Shown here: piece by piece, positions 41,248 to 51,725 of the stretch
Numbering within the stretch: the stretch's first letter is position 1
Layout of the letters: each line of letters begins with the position of its first letter
Source: Candidatus Bathyarchaeota archaeon
GTDB lineage: Archaea > Thermoproteota > Bathyarchaeia > Bathyarchaeales > Bathycorpusculaceae
Direction: 5' to 3'
Length of the DNA: 64,000 nt
Assembly (NCBI GenBank): GCA_963775465.1
Contig: CAVZIW010000001.1
Location: forward strand, 128,001 to 192,000
Translations under genes and position numbers: made by a program
Notes under the pieces: model-generated
Seen by the model: the letters and a program-made list of their open reading frames with translations, nothing else
Database searches by the model: none
Told to the model about the DNA's origin: nothing

Positions 41248-41876
41248 AAAAAGAACTTTAGCAAATCGGCTGTTCCCTAAAAAGACCGTTAAGCGTCGAA
41301 CTTTAAATAATCATGCAAACATAAACAAAAAAATGATTTCACATACAAACTTGGACAACCCTCGAATCTAAAAATAACTTATGATACGATTAAAAAATCA
41401 AAAAATCGACTATTTCTGATTTTTTTTGTGCCTTTTTTGAAGCTAACTTGGTCTTTTTGCCCATTCAGCTCACCATAGTTTACTTATAAAAAAAGGAGAG
41501 AGCCAAAGATTGGGATATGAAGATAATTTCTAGCGTTTAGCAGATGCTGTTGCCTTTATTTTAAGATAAAATGTCGCAAATTCGGTTATTGCCATTTTTA
41601 AAGAGATAAAATTTGCAGTTGGTGGACGTAATACCTAATTTCTGAACTGGGCAAGACCTAAAGTGATTTCGAAATGGAGTCGAACATGCATTTTTAATAC
41701 TTTACAGTTTAAAAATGACCTGCAAAGCAACTAAAATTGAAAACAAAATATATATTTCCATGGTTCACAGCTGTTTTATTACCCTTCGAAGTACGAAACA
41801 AGATTGCAAATGTTTATTCCTTAGCACATACTATAGTAATTTGATTTTAGCAGACTTTTTGGAAATGGTGAATTGC

Positions 41877-42599
41877 ATGAATGAAAAATATGTTGTTAAA
41901 GAATCAGATGCCCTGTTGATAACCGATATCCAAAATGATTTCTTGCCAGGCGGGGCTTTGCCTGTTCCAAATGGCAACCTAATCATCCCAGTACTAAACC
42001 AATATATCAAAAGATTTGAAGCCGCAAAAGGACATGTCTTTGCATCCAGAGATTGGCACCCAGTCAACCACATGTCTTTCAAGAAGCAGGGCGGTATATG
42101 GCCTCCTCACTGCGTACAACAAACTGAAGGTGCAAATTTTAGTTCTTTATTGAAACTTCCAATGGGCACTATTGTCATTTCAAAAGCTATTGATCCCAAA
42201 AAAGAAGCTTACTCAGCTTTCGATGGTACAAACCTCGCCGATGAATTAAGCTTGCTGGGTATTAGGAGGTTTTTTGTTGGAGGCGTAGCGACAGACTATT
42301 GTGTTGTAAACACCGTTATTGATGCCTGCAAGCTTGGTTATGAAACTATCGTTCTCATGGATGCAACCTTGGGAATCAATGTTAATCCTTGCGATGTTGA
42401 CAACGCCTTTGAAACTATGAAACAAAATGGCGCCAAGCAAGTTACTACCGATGATTTTGCTGATATGGAAGATATTTTTCCTGTTGAAAAATCAAGAGCA
42501 GACGTCTTAGCGGAGAAACCTGCATTCAGGGCAATTGTGAAGAAAAAAGCGCGGATGCGTCCTAGAGGATCTGCAAAGAAGTTGCCGACGGAAAAATAA
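41877..42599 (+). CDS. pncA: nicotinamidase (isochorismatase family)
   Basis: DIQNDFLPGGAL, SRDWHP..H, WPPHCVQ, YSAF, GVATDYCV; GGTGA SD before ATG 41877. Confidence 0.9.
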   Translation: MNEKYVVKESDALLITDIQNDFLPGGALPVPNGNLIIPVLNQYIKRFEAAKGHVFASRDWHPVNHMSFKKQGGIWPPHCVQQTEGANFSSLLKLPMGTIVISKAIDPKKEAYSAFDGTNLADELSLLGIRRFFVGGVATDYCVVNTVIDACKLGYETIVLMDATLGINVNPCDVDNAFETMKQNGAKQVTTDDFADMEDIFPVEKSRADVLAEKPAFRAIVKKKARMRPRGSAKKLPTEK

Positions 42600-43029
42600 G
42601 CTGATTAAATCGAAATACAACGAACCATATATATTCATCATCTCTAAAGGAGGAACTTAACAAAAAAACATTTTTTTAAATTAACTAATGATGCTCATAA
42701 ACTATTTTTTTCAAATATTAACGCTAATACATGATCAATTACTTCAAAAAGCCCTTTCTCTTTGTTATCTGCCTGTCTAATTAACATTTTTTACTTTTAT
42801 AGCGAGCTATCTTTTTTGTTTGATTATACACACCCATTTTTGCATGTGCGAAATCATTACGAACGAATATTTTTTACACTAAATAGTTAAAATAGCTGAA
42901 AGCTTGAATTAGAATTAGAAACAAAGTTCTAAAAAGAGTATGGTAACCAACTTTTTACAAGCAGCATTAACGAAGCTAGAAACAGTTAGCCATTAAATTT
43001 GGGAATTATGAATAGATAGCATTTTGTGG

Positions 43030-43446
43030 TTATCTCTCACCCAAAACCTGTATTATCAGCGTTCTTTCTCTTGGGTAAACATCAGTTTCTATAAAAAGAA
43101 GAGACTGCCAAGTTCCCAACTCAACATTGCCATTAATTATGGGAAGAGTTTTGTCGGGAGGCAGAATCATCGAGCGCAAATGTGAATGTGCATTAGATGG
43201 ATGTCGATAGTTTACGTGTTTTGGTACCATCTTTTCCAGGAAAACTTTGATGTCATCGAGTAAGGCAGGGTCGTTTTCTGTTAGAACAAGTATACCTGTT
43301 GCGTGAGGGGTAAACACATGAGCCAACCCATTTTTTACGCCTGTTTTTGCAACTTCTTCTTGAACCTGCTCTGTGATATCAACAAAATCTATCTCCCCGT
43401 TTGTTCTGAAGTGATGAGTCTTATTTACAACGACGAAGTCTGACAT
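43030..43446 (-). CDS. YjbQ/UPF0047 family protein
   Basis: DIT..V, PHAT, E.DP.L..D, NAHSHL, LGTWQ. Confidence 0.9.
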   Translation of the reverse strand: MSDFVVVNKTHHFRTNGEIDFVDITEQVQEEVAKTGVKNGLAHVFTPHATGILVLTENDPALLDDIKVFLEKMVPKHVNYRHPSNAHSHLRSMILPPDKTLPIINGNVELGTWQSLLFIETDVYPRERTLIIQVLGER

Positions 43447-43506
43447 TCTAATCCTCAAGGCTTGTACTCATGCTTTGCTGAAAAATCTTTCGAGATACCA
43501 AGTAAA

Positions 43507-43534
43507 AATGTGTTTGGGTGATGCTTTTGTATAC
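43507..43534 (-). repeat. 28-bp dispersed motif, copy 2
   Basis: reverse complement reads GTATACAAAAGCATCACCCAAACACATT. Confidence 0.8.
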
Positions 43535-44875
43535 AGAATTGGTCCGTCTCCCTTAAAGTCTGATAGGTTCATCAAGTTTTCCAAATTTACTTACATGTTG
43601 AAACCTGTTTCGGCATCTAAAATTTTTTGTCCAAATTAAAGAATTCTTGTGGAATTTCAACTTTAATTTAAATCATCTCTCAGAGTGATGTTGCTTTTCC
43701 GGTTAGGTTTTAATTTGACAAAAACGGAATAACATTAAAGAAAAGGGGAATGCTATAATGTTTTGGGATTCTGAATTTTCTTCTTTTAGATAGAGTGCAT
43801 CTAAAAAGTATTGCTATTTCTTAAGGTCCATTTGGGCTATGCTAAGACAAAAATTGTTACAATATTTTACCTACAAACATCACGTTAAAAACTAAAAAAA
43901 CAACCTTCTAGTATAATACAACAATCAAACATGTGCCATCTAACAAAAACAAGCCTGTCAATGAATAAAAGGTCATCACTAACCCGGAAGCAAAATTCTG
44001 CAAAATGATAAAACAATAAAATCTTTGCCAATGCAGTTTGAAATACGGTGTCACAAACTAGACACTGTGTCAGAGAAAAATATTTCGCGGATCTAGGCAA
44101 TTTATGGCCAAGCTTTTGTTTCTCTGTGAAGAAATTTTATTCTCTAAGAAATCAAAAAATAAACGACTAACCGTTGCGCCCCATTTTTAAAAATAACCTA
44201 TCTATAAGCCTATTTTAGATTAAACCAATATGTGAGTGTCGGATTCACTGCGAATATTCGCCATGAAAAAAAGCCATTAGTTTTAGTTATGTAAACTGAA
44301 AATACAAACTTCAATATGTGCCTTAAATTTAAAATAAAGCTTAATTTGAGCTTTATTGAGCATACCCTAAACCTTTGGCATGGGGATAATCGGAGCCTCA
44401 TATAAGTACTGTCGAAAATCTCCATTCCAAACAAAAACGTGATTTTTCGATCTTCCTTCGAGAGCTTAAAGCTGTTTTTAAGAAAAATCAGAGAACTTTG
44501 CGTTTTGGGCGATTGAAAATCGGAATTTTTTGTTAAATGGCTGTATTGTATTGGTTTGTTGTCTTTGGTTTGTTTAAGGTAATTCTGAGAGGAGCAGTAT
44601 GGTTTTTAGTTTCTTCTGAAGCCCTACGGGTTATTTTAGCGGCTTGTTTGTGAATAAAATTTCTATTTGAGGGCTAAAAATTTTATCAGTTGTTGGATGT
44701 TGCGTTGATTGTAACTTGGGTCAATTGAGGTTTTGTATCCATTAGCAGGGCTATACTGGCATTATTTTGCAATCATTAATGTCGTGAAATCCGATGTCAG
44801 TGATATTGGTTGTATTTGTATTTATATGCAAAGTCATGTTCACCAAGCCATTCCAGCAGCACCCAAACAGCTATC

Positions 44876-44906
44876 GTATACGAAAGCATCCCCAAAACCC
44901 ACAATT
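44876..44906 (+). repeat. 28-bp dispersed motif, copy 3
   Basis: GTATACGAAAGCATCCCCAAAACCCACAATT. Confidence 0.7.
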
Positions 44907-44975
44907 TTAAGACATCTTAGAGAACAATTTTTATCCACAAGAACCATAAAAGAAGGTATACAAGAGGCTAAGAGC

Positions 44976-45410
44976 GTGAGTACCGAGTTAGATCGAGTAA
45001 GGCTTCGTCGCTGGCGTAAAAGAGGCTTCTACAGCGAAAGTGTCCTAGTCAAGCTCTTGCAGAAAAAAGGGTACTACGCTGTTCGTGTTCCAGTAAGCAA
45101 TCCCAGCCTAAACCCTCTACCTGACCTTATGGCGCGCAGAGGACCGCACAATTATGCTTTTGAAGTAAAAAATGCCTCCTACTACGCCTATTTTCCCCTG
45201 CCGCAAATCGACAAGCTCTTCAGGTTTCTTGACCAATTCTTTCCTTCAGGCAATGAATACAAGCACGCCGTTGTGGCTGCGCATTTGGGTAAACGTTGGC
45301 TCTTTAAAGAAATTAGTTGGACAGATTGGGAAAAAAATAAAATCCCTGATAAAGTGCGCATTCTAAAGCGGGACCGAGGCAACCTAAACATCGACACCTG
45401 TTATTTGTAG
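44976..45410 (+). CDS. Hjc/Hje-like archaeal Holliday junction resolvase
   Basis: RG...E..L...L.KKGY.AVR...S....PDLMA......FEVK with E/PD/EVK intact; GTG start at 44976. Confidence 0.8.
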   Translation: MSTELDRVRLRRWRKRGFYSESVLVKLLQKKGYYAVRVPVSNPSLNPLPDLMARRGPHNYAFEVKNASYYAYFPLPQIDKLFRFLDQFFPSGNEYKHAVVAAHLGKRWLFKEISWTDWEKNKIPDKVRILKRDRGNLNIDTCYL

Positions 45411-45866
45411 GTGCAGGAAAATGAGGGCTCAAATCTTTGTTACATTCAAAGTCGTGTCAGATCTATATCTTGCGGGCCAAGCAATACCTATGCGAAATGG
45501 ACTATTACTTGTTCCATCGATAATAACTCTTAAAAAGATAAAAACTGATTCGAAAAAACTTCTTTACGCCAAACTACTCTGGCTCAGGTGCCCTGCCGCC
45601 AAAAATTAGCAGTATTTGTGTTAATGTTTTGGATGAGAATTATCCAAAGACAAACATATGAAATTTCAGAAAATCCTAAGTAACATAGAATATATCCAAT
45701 TCTTAGAAATCCGACGTCCTGTTAATCATGATTTTCTAATTATAGAACTCACTAGCCATGTTCTTGCTTCTAAAAGAATGTTAGTCAATTGCAATAAGCG
45801 AAGAAAATTTTGTAATCAACCCTAATTCTATGTTTCTTTTAAGACCCCGCCAAGACATTAAAATAG

Positions 45867-46574
45867 CTAAAAATTATCGTTTAACTTCTCCAAGTTTTTA
45901 GCGAAAAACTTTACGTCATGAATGTTTGCAGGAAGTTGATGTATGAATTCTTGTATTTGAAGCACTGGCACCACTGGGACCTCATAGATGTATTTGTAGG
46001 CGCATGGAAAAAGCGATAGAACCGCTGGAACAAACTTAGCTTTTGCCCATTGTGTACATTCAAGATTTAATTTTAGGTTGGGCAAAAAATTTGTCAAGGC
46101 ATTTGTTCGGTCTATTTGAGATTTAACAATTCGTTTGAGAGCTGAAGCGCCAATCGCGTGTTGCCACCGCTTACAATCGATGCAAACTACCATGGGCTTT
46201 TTGCAGCCGACTACGTCGATTTCCCATCTTCGGCCTTCATGAGTGAAACGGACATTTTTGTGAACAGCATAACCGTTACTTTTAAGAGCTAAAGCTGTAA
46301 TTTCTTCAAATTCTTGCCAGCGCAAAAGATCACTGACGTTTTGGATATCGGCACCTAAATTTACTGCTTTTAGCGCAATGGTCAGGCGACTTTTGCTTTC
46401 GACCTCTATTGTTTCGTCTTCTAAATAAACTAGGTTTTCGTTTTGAATTTTATGTAGCAAAAACCAAAAAACATCGAGGGGCAAGTGAGCTTCTTTTTTG
46501 ACATCTTCAATTAAAGCGGGTGATTTTCGAGTTAACTTTAGGAGCGAAATTAACAGATTACGTTCAACACTCAA
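45867..46574 (-). CDS. Mrr-like/restriction endonuclease domain protein
   Basis: WQEFEE.....L...GY, EIDVVG, IDCKRW; GGAGG SD before TTG 46574. Confidence 0.8.
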   Translation of the reverse strand: MSVERNLLISLLKLTRKSPALIEDVKKEAHLPLDVFWFLLHKIQNENLVYLEDETIEVESKSRLTIALKAVNLGADIQNVSDLLRWQEFEEITALALKSNGYAVHKNVRFTHEGRRWEIDVVGCKKPMVVCIDCKRWQHAIGASALKRIVKSQIDRTNALTNFLPNLKLNLECTQWAKAKFVPAVLSLFPCAYKYIYEVPVVPVLQIQEFIHQLPANIHDVKFFAKNLEKLNDNF

Positions 46575-46656
46575 ATTAAATCCTCCGACTAATAGACACG
46601 AATAATGCAAAAAACTGCCCTAAAAAGCACGAAATCGAAACCAACTGCAGCATGCC

Positions 46657-46684
46657 GTATACAAAAGCATCAACAAAACATAGT
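46657..46684 (+). repeat. 28-bp dispersed motif, copy 4
   Basis: GTATACAAAAGCATCAACAAAACATAGT. Confidence 0.78.
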
Positions 46685-47384
46685 CTTCGAACCCAAATGC
46701 AGTTTACGTAGATATTAGACACCTCAATCTTGAACATGTAATTGATTTTTATGCGAATCTCTAGAATAACCTTTCCTTTCAGTCAAAAATTTTTTTCGAT
46801 TAATCAAACTACCAATCGCAAAGACAAACTTTTCGAGGCGTGTAGCCGAAAAAAGTGCTCACAACGAAGAAATTATAGACTTATCTATCATATTTGGAGC
46901 GATTTCACCCGTAATTTTAACTATTTAATGTAAAATGTGACCATTCGACGTTTTTTCGTTCAACAAAATCAAGTAATTAAACAGCAAACAACGAAATATA
47001 GCTAAGACCCGTTAACATCGACCTATATCGACGTATCGTAAAATTAAAAAATTCTTCCAAAATAGCAAAAGACAAAAAGAGGAAGCACTTAAACCCAGAA
47101 AAATAGAAGGCAAAGTTATTCAGGACATAACAAAATGCGTGATTTACACATTTTTAAGCACAAACCAGAAGCCTTATGAGGTTATGATGCTATTTTTGCC
47201 ACTTGCAGCTTTAAAAACACCGGGGATTCTTTCATTTGTAACTATTCTTAGTAGTCTTCGAAATTGAGCAAAGAAAGGTATTTACCATAATGGGAGCATA
47301 TTTTTGTCAGAAAGCATGTATATATAAGGTTCGCGTTTTTTCGAATATTTAGGTTATTTTAAAGGGGGTTGTTCATGGATAAAA

Positions 47385-47412
47385 ACTGTGTTTTGGAGAT
47401 GCTTTTGTATAC
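47385..47412 (-). repeat. 28-bp dispersed motif, copy 5
   Basis: reverse complement reads GTATACAAAAGCATCTCCAAAACACAGT. Confidence 0.8.
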
Positions 47413-47601
47413 AAGGATATTTTTCATGGAGATTTTCATGATAAATTAACGTAAAGAAAGTAGCTACAGGTGTAAAATACATATTCTAAATGCGTAGAAC
47501 ATCCCGTTTCTTTACCGCAAATAAACTCCCAGGTGAATGCTAAACAGATACTGCTTACGCTAAAACATGTGTTGTTTTAAAAAGGTTAATAGAAAAAAGA
47601 A

Positions 47602-47802
47602 TTATTTTTCGTCTTCTTGGATTTCGCATTGAAGTTTCTTTATGATTTCATCCGCTCTTAAAGGTTCAATTTTAAGAGTGTAAAGATTTGCAGGTGTTCG
47701 AAGCTTCAATTTTACGGTGTCTTTGAGCCTTTTTACATGACATTTTTTTGCTTTGGCGCTCATAGTCACGAATTTATCAACGTCTGTGATTTCTGATGGC
47801 AT
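47602..47802 (-). CDS. rpl38e: ribosomal protein L38e
   Basis: MP.EI.D...F......A....VKR....VKLKLRT...LYTL pattern. Confidence 0.85.
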   Translation of the reverse strand: MPSEITDVDKFVTMSAKAKKCHVKRLKDTVKLKLRTPANLYTLKIEPLRADEIIKKLQCEIQEDEK

Positions 47803-47969
47803 GATATTTTATCCTCTGTATGTTTCGTTGTGATGGATACAAAGCCGAGTTTTTATCTGTTTTGGTGCAATCGAAAACAAGCAAGAGTAAACCTTTGAAA
47901 TTGCAACTTTTTTATAGCTAATCAAAGCTCATTAGTGAGAGACAGTGATTTAGAGGCGAATGGTAACTA

Positions 47970-49241
47970 ATGAAACGCTTACGTATCCTCTCGGTTGTAA
48001 TGATTCTCATCATAGTAACTGCAACACTATCCCTGTTTGTTACATCCTCACAAAGTGACAAACAAGCCAACGATCCTGTCTACGTCGGCGTCGCATTCGG
48101 AGGGACTACAATTGACCAAGCTAAACTTCTCATCGATAGAACAAAAACTTACACCAACATCTTCGTTTTAGATTCAGGTCTAAATCCCATAAGCAGCAAT
48201 GAATCTGCTGTAAAGGAAATTTGTGATTATGCTGTAAACGCAGGGTTAAACATCATTGTAAACTTGGGAACTTACACGCGTGAAGACTGGGCGTGGAAGA
48301 TACAATTTCTAAATTCCTCAAAGGAAATGTATGGTTACAAGTTTCTTGGAGCGTACTACGATGATGAACCTGGAGGAATACCGCTTGACTGGAACTGGAC
48401 ACAGTTCTTCACGGAGAATAGCACTCTTTTCTCAGGAGCGAATCCTTTGGATTTGACACCGATCCATTACAAACTTCAAATTGCAGAGATAGCTGGGACG
48501 CAGCCGGAAAACTATACCTTAGAAGCTCAATGGTTCAATCAGCTCTTAGAACGCAACAGAGGACATACAAGCCTTAAGGAGCATAATATCACAACTTTCA
48601 CATCTGATTATGCTCTGTATTGGTTTGATTATCTTGGAGGATATGATACTCTTTTTGCCCAGCTGGGACCAAACCAAACATCTACCTCTCAAACTGAACC
48701 TCGTAGTGTTAATGAGCAAACCACTCTGGCACTTCTACGCGGGGCATCAAAAATGCAAAATAAGGATTGGGGTGCAATCGTTACCTGGAAATATGATGTT
48801 CCACCGTATCTTGACACAGGACAAAATGTCTACAATCAGATGAAACTAGCTTACAATGAGGGCGCAAAATACATCTTGATCTTTGACTACCCATACAACG
48901 TCACCAATCAATATGGCACCATGAATCCCTATGGCGTCTTAAAATCTGAGCATTTTCTTGCGCTCCAAACTTTCTGGAATAAAGTCATAACTCAACCGCC
49001 TAATTCAGCTCAAGCTGAAGCTGCCCTTGTTTTACCCAAAGATTACGGTTGGGGAATGCGTTCTTCTTCAGATAGGATTTGGGGTTTTTGGGGACCTGAT
49101 GACAAATCACCCGTAATCTGGAATGCAGCACAGTTGCTTTTTGAAAGATACGGTACGCGTTTAGATATTATTTATAACGATCCAACATACCCTGTGCAAG
49201 GAAATTATTCAAAAGTGTATTATTGGAACCAAACTCTCTAA
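47970..49241 (+). CDS. hypothetical exported protein (possible glycoside-hydrolase-like barrel)
   Basis: signal/TM; GAYYDDEPGG, TSDYALYWFDY, GAKYI..F, DYGWGMR. Confidence 0.75.
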   Translation: MKRLRILSVVMILIIVTATLSLFVTSSQSDKQANDPVYVGVAFGGTTIDQAKLLIDRTKTYTNIFVLDSGLNPISSNESAVKEICDYAVNAGLNIIVNLGTYTREDWAWKIQFLNSSKEMYGYKFLGAYYDDEPGGIPLDWNWTQFFTENSTLFSGANPLDLTPIHYKLQIAEIAGTQPENYTLEAQWFNQLLERNRGHTSLKEHNITTFTSDYALYWFDYLGGYDTLFAQLGPNQTSTSQTEPRSVNEQTTLALLRGASKMQNKDWGAIVTWKYDVPPYLDTGQNVYNQMKLAYNEGAKYILIFDYPYNVTNQYGTMNPYGVLKSEHFLALQTFWNKVITQPPNSAQAEAALVLPKDYGWGMRSSSDRIWGFWGPDDKSPVIWNAAQLLFERYGTRLDIIYNDPTYPVQGNYSKVYYWNQTL

Positions 49242-49284
49242 AAAATAGATTAACCCTTAAAGAAAAAGGTTGGTGAGATATAGT

Positions 49285-49479
49285 TTATTTTGGTTTAATT
49301 CCAATCTTAAGATTAACTTCAACTGTGTATTCTTGTTCGTTTTTTCCGACGCTAAAATTCCAATCCTTGACTTCAACTTCCATGTCCTTAAATTGGCTAA
49401 CGATTGCATCTTTGTATTCTTGTGCAGTTTGTCCTATCTTTTGTAGTTTTTCAGTTATGTTTACTGATGTATCAGGCAT
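49285..49479 (-). CDS. small hypothetical protein
   Basis: GGAGGTG SD; 64 aa. Confidence 0.65.
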   Translation of the reverse strand: MPDTSVNITEKLQKIGQTAQEYKDAIVSQFKDMEVEVKDWNFSVGKNEQEYTVEVNLKIGIKPK

Positions 49480-49949
49480 AAATTACACCTCCCAAATCCA
49501 GACTAATTTTAATAATTGAATTGATGTGTTAGCGCTATTAAGAATTTGTGACTGTAAGGCTACAACATCAAAATAGCGTTAACTTAACAGCTGAAAAGAA
49601 CGACAAAGGACTCCTGAGTCGTACTTTATGGAGATTCCGCCTTCGTTGTGGCATTTTTTGGTTTTTCTTTTTGGTTGTTGTTGAAGTGTTTTATGCTCAA
49701 GTTTTTGAGGGCTTGTTGACATATGTTTAAGATTTGGCTTGTGCTTTGGAGTTTGTTTGGTTGTAGTTGTTGAAGTGAACGCGCTTTTTTCATAGTGTTT
49801 GTTGTTAGCAGCGTTTTCATCTTTTGTTAAGAGCCAAAGTCACCGCAGCAAATAATTTTTCCCAGAGTATGGTTCTGCCGTTGGCACTTTCTTGGAATTG
49901 AATGTTCAGAAAGTTGTTGCTGGTTTGATCATACTGCGGTGGATGAGGA

Positions 49950-50460
49950 TTCATAGCCTAAATACTTGAACAATCGATCAGAGTATCTCATACCTATAAA
50001 AGATGCAAGCCCCCCACAAATACGCCTATGAACACAAAAGAAGTATCAAAAAGGTTTTGTGACTTTGATGTCAACAGAAAACAGAATTATCGTCGTAATT
50101 GTTCCTGGACCAGCAGTTAACGGAAAGGACAGGAACTATTGCAGTATCCTCGCTTCTCTCTTTTAGAGAAGAATTTTTTCTGGATAAAGCATCTGCAAGG
50201 CAGCCACAACAAGCAAGATGCCGCCTGCTATCGGAAAGGCAGAAACGGTAATGTTGAAAACTTGGAAAACCAACTGTCCAGTAGAGCAAGAAAGCCAAAC
50301 TACAAAGGATAGCCTCATTGATTTAGTAATTGCCCTGAGCTTTTTCTCAAAAGGCATATTCTTTGTAAGGGTTGCTTAAACTGCAATTACGCTAAACGGT
50401 TCCATAACTGCCACTATGGAACTAATGGCAAGTTTAAGAAGGATAAGTCAGCCAAAGCAA
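49950..50460 (-). pseudogene. MarC-family membrane protein, degraded
   Basis: frames read AVMEPFS.IAV*, FNITVSAF.IAGGILL, EDTAIVP and FPLTAGPGTITTIIL, with stops and frameshifts; ends approximate. Confidence 0.7.
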
Positions 50461-50634
50461 CCACCCAAACATAGAATTATATGTAGTTATGGCAGAAATT
50501 CCCTTTTTAATGTATTCGAATTTTAGCATAAATGATGGATTGAGAATGAAAAAGAATTCTTCGATAACAACGTTTGCTCTATGGTGTTTGATTACCTCTT
50601 AAAAATAATGTATGTTTTAAAAGTTTGATTAGAC

Positions 50635-51324
50635 TTAATAATATTGCTTTAATGGGTTTCTAGGGTCTGTCGCCAACTTTACAGACGAGGGAACCATGAG
50701 GCTATGCCAATTCCTTTCTGGTTTGCGTTCTTCAACGTCGTCAATATTGATGCGGTGTATGTGAAGAGCATATTCCATTGCTTGGTCTTGCGGGTTCTCA
50801 AGCTGTAGCATCTGGTTTAGGCTTAGGTGTTCAAAGACTCTTCTAATCGGCCGCATTGAGTTGCCATGGCACGAAATAGCAACATTACCCGGTTTCTGTT
50901 TAAGCCACCTTTCAAGTTGCACGATAATGGGCAAAGTGCGGCTTTCAACCATTTTCATGCTTTCACCTTCGGGAGGAGGAAAGTCGTAACCGCGGTGAAC
51001 CTTGGCAAACCACTCAGGTTGTTCTGTTTCAATCGCGATCTTGCTTTCACCCTGTAACGTACCATAGCACCGTTCTATCAGACGGTCGTCTATAAAAACG
51101 GGAACGTTGAGGTGCGGTTTTAAGACAATTGCAAGGGTTCTTTTGGCTCTAAGAAGGTGTGATGTAAATGCATAATCAATTTTTTCTTGTTCCAGCTGTT
51201 GAGCAATCTCTTGCGCTTGTAAAAATCCTTTTGGAGTTAAGTTTGGGTCACGCCACCCGGAGAATAGTTGATTGCTATTATCAGTAGTCTCAGCGTGTCT
51301 AAAAACGAACAGATTGCAGATCAT
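50635..51324 (-). CDS. histidine-phosphatase family, cofactor-dependent phosphoglycerate mutase-like
   Basis: RHAET..N...FSGW.D..LT, L.ER.YG.LQG, PP.GES, HGNSMR; in an operon with eno. Confidence 0.85.
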   Translation of the reverse strand: MICNLFVFRHAETTDNSNQLFSGWRDPNLTPKGFLQAQEIAQQLEQEKIDYAFTSHLLRAKRTLAIVLKPHLNVPVFIDDRLIERCYGTLQGESKIAIETEQPEWFAKVHRGYDFPPPEGESMKMVESRTLPIIVQLERWLKQKPGNVAISCHGNSMRPIRRVFEHLSLNQMLQLENPQDQAMEYALHIHRINIDDVEERKPERNWHSLMVPSSVKLATDPRNPLKQYY

Positions 51325-51325
51325 A

Positions 51326-51720
51326 TTATGTTTTCACCAAAATGTTCGGCGCTGAGGAGGTTGCAAAATCTCTTAGCTCTTTTATTTTATGTATCAATAA
51401 TCTGTCTTTTTCAATTATTGGTTGTGAAATTTTAAAGCGAGCTATCATTCTGGCTGTGTAGCCTGATCGGGTCAAGGGGATGACTTTGTGAATTTGCATG
51501 CTTTGGCTTATTCTTTGGATTGCCCTGCTTACCGTATCCGAGATGTTGATAAAAGGAGTATCTTCAACGTTGCTCTTGATAGCTTTCTCTGTTTCATTCG
51601 CTATTCGGGTCTTCATCTCAACAGCATCCACCGGATATTGTCCAACCGCTGTTTCTCCAAGAAGTATAATGGCGTCTTACCCGTCAAATATAACGTTTGC
51701 AACAATGATATCTCCAAAAT
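51326..51720 (-). pseudogene. pyk: pyruvate kinase C-terminal remnant
   Basis: VANVIFDG*DAIILLGETAVGQYPVDAV and TRSGYTARMIARF; in-frame TAA at 51677-51679; most of the N-terminus is missing. Confidence 0.8.
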
Positions 51721-51725
51721 CGGTT

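Noticed and set aside
43535-44875. Canonical archaeal oriC in the long AT-rich gap
   Set aside because: No ORB-like TTCCA...GGAAAC plus G-string elements were recognised and no orc1/cdc6 gene is adjacent.
41220-47412. 28-bp repeats as a CRISPR array
   Set aside because: Spacing is 0.7-2.3 kb and irregular, orientations are mixed, genes lie between copies, and there are no cas genes.
46657-47412. MITE bounded by motif copies 4 and 5
   Set aside because: Similarity between copies stops at about 28 bp, no second copy of the interior is present, no clear external target duplication and no transposase; kept only as an alternative hypothesis.
49550-49950. Possible transposase remnant in a G/T-skewed stretch at the left edge of the island
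   Set aside because: No DDE motif or terminal inverted repeats could be recognised.
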